A stretch of 64,000 nt of DNA from an uncultured bacterium (GTDB lineage: Bacteria > Zhuqueibacterota > QNDG01 > DSAB01): contig CAZTZL010000001.1 of NCBI GenBank assembly GCA_964617625.1, forward strand, positions 9,783 to 73,782, read 5' to 3'. Numbering within the stretch: the stretch's first letter is position 1; each line of letters begins with the position of its first letter. The notes under the pieces were generated by a model. That model did not search any database. It saw only the letters and a program-made list of their open reading frames with translations, and was not told the origin of the DNA. Shown here piece after piece: positions 19,512 through 28,233 of this stretch. A program made the position numbers and the translations under genes.

Positions 19512-21282
19512 TCATGTAAAAACAGTCGCGAAGGTGACAACTCAAAAAAGCGATAACGATCGTGCATTGGCCCGTGCGTTGGTGGAGCGAAAAATTCTGA
19601 CGCTTCAGCAGGCAAAAGCCATTCTTGGGCAGATCAAAAACGGGAAAGCCCATATGTCATTCGAAGAACTTCTTCTAGAATCCGAATTGGCCACAGAAGA
19701 GGTTATTTTAGAAACGAAAGCATCCATACTGCATGTACCCTATATTGATCTGAAAAATTATGAAATAGATCCCGAAGTGCTCGAACTGATTCCCGGGAAT
19801 ATTGCACGTCAGTTCAATTTCTTCCCATTATTCAAGATCGACAGCACGCTTCTTTTGGCGATGATAGATCCCAAAGATGTGAAGGCGATTGACAAAGTAA
19901 CGCGGATCACCCAGCTTGAAATTTCTCCAGCACTTTCTTCCAGAGAAGCAGTCGAATCGGCCATTGATCGATATTACGGAAAGACCTCTGAACAATCGGT
20001 GAAAGTCTCGAACGAAGAAATGCAGGATATTTTAGAAGGCATTGAATCGGAAGAGACCAAAAGTGAAGAAGCTCATGAATCCATTCAGGATCTGGAGAAG
20101 CTGGCCGAAGAAGCTCCTGTCGTTAAAATGGCAAATATGATATTGACTCAAGCAATCATCGAAGGGGCTTCGGATATCCATATCAATCCTGAAGAAGATG
20201 AGCTCCGTGTTCGGTTTCGTCAGGACGGAATTTTACGTGAGACATTTCAACTGCCCAAAAACTTGCAGTCAGCAATTATTTCCAGAATAAAAATTCTGTC
20301 CAATCTGGATATAGCGGAACACCGGATACCGCAGGACGGGCAATTGCGTATAAAATTGAAAGACGGAAGACAGATTGATATCCGAGTTTCCACACTTCCT
20401 TCGGTGAACGGCGAGAATCTTGTACTTAGAGTCCTGGATAAAAGCGCGGCTTTGATGAGCCTCGACAATCTTGGTTATGAAGAAGATGTTTTGAACGGGA
20501 TCAAATCGCTTCTCAGCAATTCTTATGGCATCATCCTGGTGACCGGACCTACCGGAAGCGGTAAAACAACGACTCTATACGCCGCTTTGAATCATCTTGA
20601 TGCCATTTCACAGAACATTATCACGCTCGAAGATCCCGTCGAGTTTCGATTACCCCGAATCCGGCAATCCCAGGTCAATGTAAAAGCGGGAATGACTTTT
20701 GCCAAGGGATTACGGGCAATTTTGCGTCAGGACCCGGATATTGTTCTGGTAGGTGAAATTCGCGATGCAGAGACGGCTAATATTGCTGTTCAGGCAGCGC
20801 TGACCGGACATTTGGTTCTTTCTACTCTGCATACCAATGATGCTGCGGGCGGTATTACCCGATTGGCAGAAATGGAAATCGAGCCTTTTCTTGTTTCATC
20901 GGCCGTGCTTGGCATTATGGCCCAGCGTCTTGTCAGGAAAATTTGTCCGGAATGTAAAACAGAGTACAAGCCGAATTATCAGATTCCGAAAGATGTTTTC
21001 GAAAGTTTTGGCATCGAACATACGGATTCGATCAAATTTTTTCATGGAACCGGGTGCAAACATTGCCGCGATACCGGATATCAGGGACGAATGGCAATTA
21101 TGGAAGTCATTCAAATGAGTGAAAAAATTCGAGCGTGTGTATTGAAAGATGCACCTGCAGATCAAATTCGAAAGGTGGCCATGGAGGAGGGAATGCGGCC
21201 GCTGGCACATGATGGATGGGCAAAAGTGTTCAAAGGAATTACAACTGTTGATGAAGTGCTAAGAGTAACGAATATTGTATAA
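19504..21282 (+). CDS. pilB: Type IV pilus assembly ATPase PilB (GspE family)
   Basis: 592 aa with an N-terminal T2SE_N-like domain and the Walker A motif GPTGSGKTTT. The tetracysteine Zn motif CPECK...GCKHC is present. It overlaps the preceding gene by 8 nt. Confidence 0.9.
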   Translation: MPDHVKTVAKVTTQKSDNDRALARALVERKILTLQQAKAILGQIKNGKAHMSFEELLLESELATEEVILETKASILHVPYIDLKNYEIDPEVLELIPGNIARQFNFFPLFKIDSTLLLAMIDPKDVKAIDKVTRITQLEISPALSSREAVESAIDRYYGKTSEQSVKVSNEEMQDILEGIESEETKSEEAHESIQDLEKLAEEAPVVKMANMILTQAIIEGASDIHINPEEDELRVRFRQDGILRETFQLPKNLQSAIISRIKILSNLDIAEHRIPQDGQLRIKLKDGRQIDIRVSTLPSVNGENLVLRVLDKSAALMSLDNLGYEEDVLNGIKSLLSNSYGIILVTGPTGSGKTTTLYAALNHLDAISQNIITLEDPVEFRLPRIRQSQVNVKAGMTFAKGLRAILRQDPDIVLVGEIRDAETANIAVQAALTGHLVLSTLHTNDAAGGITRLAEMEIEPFLVSSAVLGIMAQRLVRKICPECKTEYKPNYQIPKDVFESFGIEHTDSIKFFHGTGCKHCRDTGYQGRMAIMEVIQMSEKIRACVLKDAPADQIRKVAMEEGMRPLAHDGWAKVFKGITTVDEVLRVTNIV

Positions 21283-21306
21283 ACAGAACAAAGGATAAAC
21301 CGAACA

Positions 21307-22512
21307 ATGCCATCTTATGAATACAAAGCTGTCACACCGACAGGAGAAATTGTTAACGAAGTACTGGAAGCAGCCAACGAACAGACCGTTTCCAAAGAAA
21401 TTTACCATAAGGGATACCGGCCGGTTTCGATAAAAATGCGAAAAGAGGGAAAGTCGGAGAGCAGCGGACTTTTTACAAAAAAAATCAAAGCCGATGAAAT
21501 CATTCTTTTCACACGTGAACTGGTTACGCTTCTGCGTGCCGGCGTTCCCATGCTCACCGCACTGGAAGCGCTCAGCTCCCAGAGCAGCAAAATGATGGGG
21601 GATGTGCTGAATCAGGTTTATGTCGATGTCATGTCGGGTAAAAGTTTTTCCCAGGCGCTGGACAAACATCCCAAGGTTTTTTCGAAACTTTATGTAAACT
21701 CGGTGTATGCCGGCGAAATGAGTGGTGCCCTTGATGAGGTTCTGGAGCGAATGGCATCTGTATTGAAACATGATGAGGAAACCAGTAAAAAAGTAAAGTC
21801 GGCCATGAAGTATCCGATCTTTGTTCTCAGTGCGATGGTTGTCGCGTTTATTGTGATCATGGCGGTGGTTGTTCCCAAGTTTACTACGATTTTCGATAGT
21901 ATGAATATGGAACTGCCCCTGCCAACAAAGATGCTTCTGGGAACGAGTAATTTTATCAAAAGTAATGTGATCGCCATTTTTGTGGTTGTGGTAGGGGGTG
22001 TTATCGGAATGACTACGTTTGTCAAGACCAAGAAGGGACGGTTCTGGTGGGACGGTTTTATCATGAAAATTCCTCTCATCGGTCCTCTCGCCTCCAAGAG
22101 TTCCATGGCCCGTTTCACAAAAATGTTCGAGACGCTGAACCGAAGCGGCCTCCCTATTCTCCAGACACTCACGACGGTATCAACCGCGGTAGGCAACACG
22201 GTTATAGAAAAAAGTATCAGGAATGTGGCAGTTGGTGTTGAGAAAGGTGGAGGTATTGCCGGTTCCATGAAAAAATTCGATCTGTTTCCTCCAATGGTTA
22301 TTCGCATGATTTCAATCGGGGAACAGTCAGGTTCGCTGGACGATATGCTGAAAAGCATTGCGAACCATTATGACATGGAAGTGGAATATGCGATTAAAGG
22401 GTTGACTACGATGATCGAACCACTGCTCACTATCGTTATGGCCGCAGCGGTGACCGTCCTGGCACTTGGTATTTTTCTGCCCATGTGGGGTATGGTGGGA
22501 GTGCTGAAATGA
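21307..22512 (+). CDS. pilC: Type IV pilus inner-membrane platform protein PilC (GspF family)
   Basis: 401 aa with duplicated GspF domains and three TM segments. The N-terminus reads MPSYEYKAVTPTGEIVNEVLEAANEQ. Confidence 0.9.
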   Translation: MPSYEYKAVTPTGEIVNEVLEAANEQTVSKEIYHKGYRPVSIKMRKEGKSESSGLFTKKIKADEIILFTRELVTLLRAGVPMLTALEALSSQSSKMMGDVLNQVYVDVMSGKSFSQALDKHPKVFSKLYVNSVYAGEMSGALDEVLERMASVLKHDEETSKKVKSAMKYPIFVLSAMVVAFIVIMAVVVPKFTTIFDSMNMELPLPTKMLLGTSNFIKSNVIAIFVVVVGGVIGMTTFVKTKKGRFWWDGFIMKIPLIGPLASKSSMARFTKMFETLNRSGLPILQTLTTVSTAVGNTVIEKSIRNVAVGVEKGGGIAGSMKKFDLFPPMVIRMISIGEQSGSLDDMLKSIANHYDMEVEYAIKGLTTMIEPLLTIVMAAAVTVLALGIFLPMWGMVGVLK

Positions 22513-22680
22513 TCAGCTGATGGATAAACTTTTTTACAATACAGGAATTTGTAAAATATCAGAATGTAAAGAAAATACAGGAAGGTGGTGATAGTAAAAA
22601 TCGGTTAAACAAAGAAGGATGAGTGTTTAAAGAAGGAAATTTTATACAACTTGCAAATTCTCATGAAAGGAGAAGAAATC

Positions 22681-23019
22681 ATGAAAACACGTTCCCAAAG
22701 AGGCTTTACACTGGTCGAACTGATCGTTGTGATCGTCATCATCGGCATTCTGGCCGCAGTGGCTATTCCAAAGTTTATCAGTGCGACGGGTGCAGCGAAA
22801 GTGGCTGCCTGCCGGTCCAATCAGATGAACATCGAAACAGCCGTTAAATTCAAGCTGGCCGTGGATACGGCAGCAGATCCTGCAGCCACACCGGAAACCA
22901 GTCTTGCTAATCTTGTACCGGCCTATCTGCCTACAACGCCGGCTTGTCCGGAGAGCGGGACCTATTCACTGGGTTCCGATGGCGCCTGTTCCTGTTCGGT
23001 TGCAGCACATTCAAGATAA
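22681..23019 (+). CDS. pilA: Type IVa major pilin
   Basis: A class III signal peptide with an 8-aa leader reads MKTRSQRG|FTLVELIVVIVIIGILAAVAIP, with Glu at +5. The SD aaaggagaag lies 5 nt upstream. The C-terminal region is Cys-rich (4 Cys). The track ORF is longer, starting at 22651. Confidence 0.85.
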   Translation: MKTRSQRGFTLVELIVVIVIIGILAAVAIPKFISATGAAKVAACRSNQMNIETAVKFKLAVDTAADPAATPETSLANLVPAYLPTTPACPESGTYSLGSDGACSCSVAAHSR

Positions 23020-23080
23020 TATCTTGAAATCAGAAAAATGACCTGGAATGGGTTTTTACATTCCGGGTTGTCTGGATCAT

Positions 23081-23130
23081 TTTACGGAGAGGGTGAGATG
23101 CAGAACCGCCCTCTCCGTAAAGATTTTTTG
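23081..23130 (+). terminator. Rho-independent terminator downstream of pilA
   Basis: TTTACGGAGAGGG-(15 nt loop)-CCCTCTCCGTAAA forms a 13-bp perfect stem. It is followed by GATTTTTTGG. Confidence 0.8.
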
Positions 23131-23186
23131 GAGTTATCCAATTTAGGAAATGAGTAAAGTGAATTGGTCTTTCAAGGAGAGTATCG

Positions 23187-23738
23187 ATGAAAATCAGTAA
23201 GGAAAAAAAGTCTCTCCGTTCAAGAAAAGGATTTACACTCATTGAATTGATTGTCGTGATTACGGCTGTGGCCTTTTTGACCGGTGTGGTCGGGGTGAAT
23301 GTGCAGCATACAAATCAGCAGACAACGATATTCAATGCAGCCAATAAAGCACTTGCCGATTTGCGATATGCGGAAGAAGTGGCCATGACCACACACCGCA
23401 GGGTCGATTTCATTGTTAATCAGGGTGCGAATAAGTACGAAGTAAAATACCACTCTGATGGAACATATGTCAAATCATCGACTTCGGATGATGACGACCT
23501 GATCGTACAACTGGGTTCAGGAATATCCAGCGGTGTTACGATTACGTCTTCGGCAACCGGCAATACATTGTCGTTTATGGAATGGGGCGAACCGGCTTTG
23601 AATGGAGCCACTTTTACAGGCGAACGGTCTGTAGCGCGTTTTAACTCGCATATGCATCTCATTATTGTAGAATCGGGATATGCCTATCTGGCTGAAGAAG
23701 TCGGGGGTTCAGGATGCGGATTTACAATATGCCATTAA
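23187..23738 (+). CDS. Minor pilin / pseudopilin (FimT/GspH-like)
   Basis: A prepilin leader reads MKISKEKKSLRSRKG|FTLIELIVVITAVAFLTGVV, with Glu at +5. Confidence 0.7.
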   Translation: MKISKEKKSLRSRKGFTLIELIVVITAVAFLTGVVGVNVQHTNQQTTIFNAANKALADLRYAEEVAMTTHRRVDFIVNQGANKYEVKYHSDGTYVKSSTSDDDDLIVQLGSGISSGVTITSSATGNTLSFMEWGEPALNGATFTGERSVARFNSHMHLIIVESGYAYLAEEVGGSGCGFTICH

Positions 23739-24157
23739 AAAAACAGATTTGTCAATGTGCCGGCGAGAAGGGTTTTTCACTTGTCGAAGTGATTGTCATT
23801 ATTCTGATTCTCAGTATTGCGATTATTCCTTTGAGTCGGCTTGCAATCGGCAACATAGATGCCGGTCGTACTTATAGTCTGATTTCGCGGGGCACATTAT
23901 ACGCACAGGAAATCATGGAGAGAATCATTGCCGATTATGTTGCAGAATTGGAAGACAGCCAGGGGTACGACTGGGTAAAAAGCAACTGGCCCGGTACTGT
24001 TTCCGGCTCCCCCACAGGATTCACAGGCAATGTCGATATTTCAAGTGAAACAACGGTCAACAGCGTGACGTATGTCACGGTTACGGTTACTGTGAGCGCG
24101 AACGATATGCCGGATATCGTTCTGTCCACATGGCTGGTTGATCATGTCTTTGAATAA
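23729..24157 (+). CDS. Minor pilin (PilV-like)
   Basis: A prepilin leader reads MPLKKQICQCAGEKG|FSLVEVIVIILILSIAIIPL. The track ORF starts at 23714. It overlaps the preceding gene. Confidence 0.65.
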   Translation: MPLKKQICQCAGEKGFSLVEVIVIILILSIAIIPLSRLAIGNIDAGRTYSLISRGTLYAQEIMERIIADYVAELEDSQGYDWVKSNWPGTVSGSPTGFTGNVDISSETTVNSVTYVTVTVTVSANDMPDIVLSTWLVDHVFE

Positions 24158-24173
24158 CACAGCGGAGAGGATC

Positions 24174-24686
24174 ATGCCATCCGAATTAAAAAACAAGCAA
24201 TCCGGCTACACGCTGATCGAACTGGTTGTCGTTCTTCTTTTGACCGGTATTCTGATTGCAGCCGTTACGCCTTTTGTTGCCACCAATGTGGAGGCCTATA
24301 TGAAAATGAGGGTGGCAAAAAATATTGCACAGGGAGCGCGTGTGGGACTGCTTCGCATGACTGAAGAATTAAAAAGAGCGACCACTATCACTCGCTGCCG
24401 TTCGGACGAAATTGGATTTCGTTTTCAACCCCCAACTGGGTCCAATCGCGCTGTTACATACAGTGAATATCATGGCGCTCTCATGCGGGATGACGGCGGG
24501 GGCGATCAGCCGATGATTTACCCGATACAGAGTTTTAATCTCACGTATTATGATTCCAACGACAATACGACGTCTACTAAATCATATGTCAGGCGTATTC
24601 GAATAAAAATGGATGTAGGTCCCCCAGAATTCATGACCAGTATCCAAACCCAGGTTACTTTGCGAAATATATTTACAGGTAGTTAA
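24174..24686 (+). CDS. Minor pilin (PilW/GspJ-like)
   Basis: A prepilin leader reads MPSELKNKQSG|YTLIELVVVLLLTGILIAAV. The track ORF starts at 24138. Confidence 0.65.
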   Translation: MPSELKNKQSGYTLIELVVVLLLTGILIAAVTPFVATNVEAYMKMRVAKNIAQGARVGLLRMTEELKRATTITRCRSDEIGFRFQPPTGSNRAVTYSEYHGALMRDDGGGDQPMIYPIQSFNLTYYDSNDNTTSTKSYVRRIRIKMDVGPPEFMTSIQTQVTLRNIFTGS

Positions 24687-24891
24687 TAGTAAACAGGTGA
24701 ATGTATTTGGATTCAATATAAGTTTGGTTTTTAATATTCACTACTACACCGAACCTTGTAAAGAAACTGTTCCCATATTGAATTACCATTTCATTATTTG
24801 ATAGATCCGGAATCACATTTAAGATGGCAGGCCAATATTGAAATTGGAAATATTTAGAAGGTTAACTTTTTTAGCATAGAAGGAGGCGGCA

Positions 24892-25821
24892 ATGAAGAAG
24901 CAGACACTAAAAAGGCTGAGAAAGGAAGAGGGCTTTTTCTCCGCTTTCGTGCTGGTTTTTCTGGTGACACTGGGTCTCATGGGGATTGGAGCCTCCATGT
25001 TGTTACAGAGTGAAAGCAAGAATGTCATTAATCAAATGAACTCCGTAAGAGCCGATTATTTGATGGAAAGCGCCGCTTTTTACAGCACGGCCGCCCTCTC
25101 GGCAGGAACACTGACGAGCGACACAAGTTTTACAATCGGAAGTATCGATGTGGAAGTGGATACATTTTATGACGCCGGGACAATGATCATGGAAGTAACG
25201 GTGACTATTGATGAAGGACGTACCAGAACAATTCTGTTTGAAATGAAAGAAAATCCGATCTGGAGAAGGTCGATTTTCGTATCTGGATCTATCGACGCCA
25301 ATGTCACTACGAAAGATTCCAATAATGTTGTTGATGACGACTTGAAGGTCGCCAATAGGAGCCCCATGCCGCAAGTGAACAATTCGACATTAACCAGTAT
25401 GGCCGCTTCTCAGGGCCACGAAAAAGGCGGGCCGTGGACTGCAACAGATGATTATCCAAGTACCAGTTTTTACCGGTCTGGAAATACACCCAATGTCACA
25501 CATGTTTATGGAGATATGTATGTGAATGCCAATATAGATATCCACGGCATTTTTATAGTGGATGGGAATGTATATCTGGACAGAAGAGCACATGTTCAAG
25601 CCGTGCTCTATCTTCCCAATTCAGGTACAAAGGTAGAGGCTAACAGTAGTAGTTCAAATCGATTTGATCCGAATGTTCTGGGCGGCATTTACGGATTCGG
25701 GGAAGTGACTGTAGTCAGTTCCAAAACATTATATGTCCGGCATGAACCGGAATGGATGCGTGTTTTTTCACAATATGTGAATGGCGGTGATGGTACAAAA
25801 ATTGCACATTGGTCTTATTAG
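24892..25821 (+). CDS. PilX-like pilus assembly protein (non-canonical pseudopilin)
   Basis: A basic leader and hydrophobic helix read MKKQTLKRLRKEEG|FFSAFVLVFLVTLGLMGIGASML. 309 aa. No Glu at +5. Position and length match PilX/GspK-like. Confidence 0.45.
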   Translation: MKKQTLKRLRKEEGFFSAFVLVFLVTLGLMGIGASMLLQSESKNVINQMNSVRADYLMESAAFYSTAALSAGTLTSDTSFTIGSIDVEVDTFYDAGTMIMEVTVTIDEGRTRTILFEMKENPIWRRSIFVSGSIDANVTTKDSNNVVDDDLKVANRSPMPQVNNSTLTSMAASQGHEKGGPWTATDDYPSTSFYRSGNTPNVTHVYGDMYVNANIDIHGIFIVDGNVYLDRRAHVQAVLYLPNSGTKVEANSSSSNRFDPNVLGGIYGFGEVTVVSSKTLYVRHEPEWMRVFSQYVNGGDGTKIAHWSY

Positions 25822-25849
25822 TGAAATTTAGGTTAAAACTATTGCAAAA

Positions 25850-27589
25850 ATGAAAAGTTTTACATTAAATACATCAAAACCGTGGGTCAATGTTCTTGGG
25901 CTCGATATGGGCCTCGACAACATGAAGTATGTCCTGCTGAACCGCAAAGGCTCCAAGCTCATTGTCGAGGGATTCGGTCGCGCTTCTTTTACAACAAAAG
26001 GATCTGAATTTTCAGAAGACGCTGTCTACCAGGCTTTGCGGCATCTATTTCAAAAAGGAACGAAACTCAAACAGACTAAAATTGTGCTCGGGATTGACGG
26101 CTCCAGAGTTGTGGTCCACCGGGACAGTTTCCCGCAGCTTGCAAAAAAAGATTTGCTTCAGTCCATTCTTTTCGAATTGAAAAGAGAAATGGGGAAAGAG
26201 AATGAAGATACAGGCGAGATTGTATATAATTACAAAACCATAGGGAACGATCCCAAAACCCCCGGCAATATCGAATATCTGACAATGGGTATGCCGGCTG
26301 ATGAAATCGAAGGCAGAATTCAGTATTTTATCCACGAAAGAGTTGTTCCTCATAAAGTTGTGCCCAATATCGTGGGAATGAAAAACTTTCTGGAATTGAT
26401 ACCCAAAAAGGAAAGAGCCGGTACGATCGGTATTCTGGATATTGGCGCACAGCGAAGTATGCTTGTCATTTTCCGAAATGGACAATTGGATTTCTTTCGT
26501 GAAATTGTTGTCGGCGGTGAAGATTTTACAAAGGCCATCACCGGGACGATTTTTCATGAGGGACGGGCAATTCAGTTTACAGAAGATGAAGCCCTCGAAT
26601 TCAAAGTGAAATACGGATATCCGCTTGGGTTTTCAGAAGGAATGACTTATCGGGGTGCTCCGCTTACTGAAGTAGGCGCAATGATGCGCCCTGTCCTCGA
26701 ACGTTTGGCGGGTGAAATTCACCGTTCGATTGGATTCTACGGAGATAAAACGGCTGGTGACAAGGTGCAGAATATCTATCTTATTGGCGGCGGTTCCCGA
26801 ATGAAGCATCTTTCGCAAGTGTTAATGGAAAAAATTGAGATCCCCGTCGCTTCATTGCCCTATTTCAAAAATATCCGGGTTGTCGGAAGCAAAGAACAGC
26901 AAAATACTTTTCAAAAAAGATATCTTGAACAGGCGGCCAGTCTTGCAATGGCAATGGAAACCAATACGGAAGGAAGCCTGCTGCCTCTTCCCTATAAAAG
27001 GATTCATACATTCAATTCGTTAAACAAAACCTTCCAGTTTGTTGCAGGCATTATTTTTATAATCATACTGTCCGTTTATTGGAATGCAAGCCATGAACTT
27101 GGTTCTCTTAAAAAACGTCTGGGTATGATGGAAGCCAGGGCATTAAAATCGAAGAACAGCGGTAAAATGTATGCCACTTTGCAAACACAGAAAAATATTT
27201 TGGAAAATAAAATTAACAATATGGAAGGCAAAATACAACAGGATGAATATTTGATTCCAGTTCTTCGACTTGTTTCGCATTCGATTCCTGAAAAGTTGGC
27301 TCTTCTTTCTTTTACATATGAACAGGAGAAAGTTGATCAAAAAAATGAACCCGTTTCAAGGAAAAAAGGGAAGAAAGAAGTCGAAGAAACACCCCAGCAG
27401 CCAAAATGGGTTGTTGAGATGAAGGGTATGAGTGATGTAAAAACACCGGATGTAAAAATTTATCTCGCACAATTTATCCTCAAGCTTGAGAGTTCTGCCT
27501 ATTTCGATGACATCAAACTGGTCAACGAAGTCGACGCGAGTGAAGAAAATCCGTATGAATTTGAACTTGTGGGATATTTAAATCGGTAA
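25850..27589 (+). CDS. pilMN: Fused PilM-PilN (actin-like cytoplasmic ATPase-fold domain + TM + coiled-coil/periplasmic PilN-like domain)
   Basis: 579 aa. The N-terminal ~380 aa show PilM/FtsA-like motifs (LGLDMGLDNMKY...; ILDIGAQRSMLVIF...; IYLIGGGSRM). A TM helix (FQFVAGIIFIIILSVYWNA) sits at residue ~400. A coiled-coil and ~150-aa domain follow, typical of PilN. Confidence 0.75.
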   Translation: MKSFTLNTSKPWVNVLGLDMGLDNMKYVLLNRKGSKLIVEGFGRASFTTKGSEFSEDAVYQALRHLFQKGTKLKQTKIVLGIDGSRVVVHRDSFPQLAKKDLLQSILFELKREMGKENEDTGEIVYNYKTIGNDPKTPGNIEYLTMGMPADEIEGRIQYFIHERVVPHKVVPNIVGMKNFLELIPKKERAGTIGILDIGAQRSMLVIFRNGQLDFFREIVVGGEDFTKAITGTIFHEGRAIQFTEDEALEFKVKYGYPLGFSEGMTYRGAPLTEVGAMMRPVLERLAGEIHRSIGFYGDKTAGDKVQNIYLIGGGSRMKHLSQVLMEKIEIPVASLPYFKNIRVVGSKEQQNTFQKRYLEQAASLAMAMETNTEGSLLPLPYKRIHTFNSLNKTFQFVAGIIFIIILSVYWNASHELGSLKKRLGMMEARALKSKNSGKMYATLQTQKNILENKINNMEGKIQQDEYLIPVLRLVSHSIPEKLALLSFTYEQEKVDQKNEPVSRKKGKKEVEETPQQPKWVVEMKGMSDVKTPDVKIYLAQFILKLESSAYFDDIKLVNEVDASEENPYEFELVGYLNR

Positions 27590-27594
27590 CGAAT

Positions 27595-28194
27595 ATGAAT
27601 AAATCTCAGTTAAAAATATTTGTTTTGCCTTTGGCAACCATTATTCTTTTTTTTGTATGGCTGGGTGTTTTCTATATGCCCGTGACCCGTGATAAAAAAC
27701 AATTAGAGAAAAAATGGGAATTACTGCAAAATCAGATCAAAAGTGAAGTTCCTGAATCCCGATTGGAAAGCATGAAAACATTTGTAGACAGCCTGTTCGC
27801 ATACATCGACGTTCGCGAAGAACACTTTTATCCTGTAGAAAATTTATTGGATCTTGGACGCTCGATTGATAAAATCGGAAAACAATATGGTCTTACGCTT
27901 ATTTCAATTTCACCTGGTTATGAAAGTCTCGCATTAATACAGAAAGCAGATGAGGGCGTAATAGAGTTGCCGCTTACCTTGGAATTTTCCGGGTCTTTTA
28001 TTCAGTTTGCAAAATTTATAGAATCAGTTCCGGATTTTCCGTATGTCATGAGAATCAACGAAGTATCTCTATATAAAGAATCAGAGGAACAACTTACTCT
28101 TACCGCGAATGCCAAAGGGGTAATTGTATTGAGGAAGGAGAGCATCAATGAAGATGCCATAAAAAACAAGAAAGAGATTCATAACAAGGTCTAA
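27595..28194 (+). CDS. pilO: Type IV pilus alignment protein PilO
   Basis: 199 aa with an N-terminal TM helix, a coiled-coil and a periplasmic domain. It lies immediately after pilMN. Confidence 0.65.
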   Translation: MNKSQLKIFVLPLATIILFFVWLGVFYMPVTRDKKQLEKKWELLQNQIKSEVPESRLESMKTFVDSLFAYIDVREEHFYPVENLLDLGRSIDKIGKQYGLTLISISPGYESLALIQKADEGVIELPLTLEFSGSFIQFAKFIESVPDFPYVMRINEVSLYKESEEQLTLTANAKGVIVLRKESINEDAIKNKKEIHNKV

Positions 28195-28233
28195 TCAATA
28201 AATTGATATTGATAATGGCCTACGGAGGACTTT

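Noticed and set aside
22513-22680. Sigma-54 promoter upstream of pilA (TTGCA at ~22650).
   Set aside because: A TTGCA is present, but there is no GG dinucleotide at the required -24 spacing (TGGCAC-N5-TTGCA). This is not supported.
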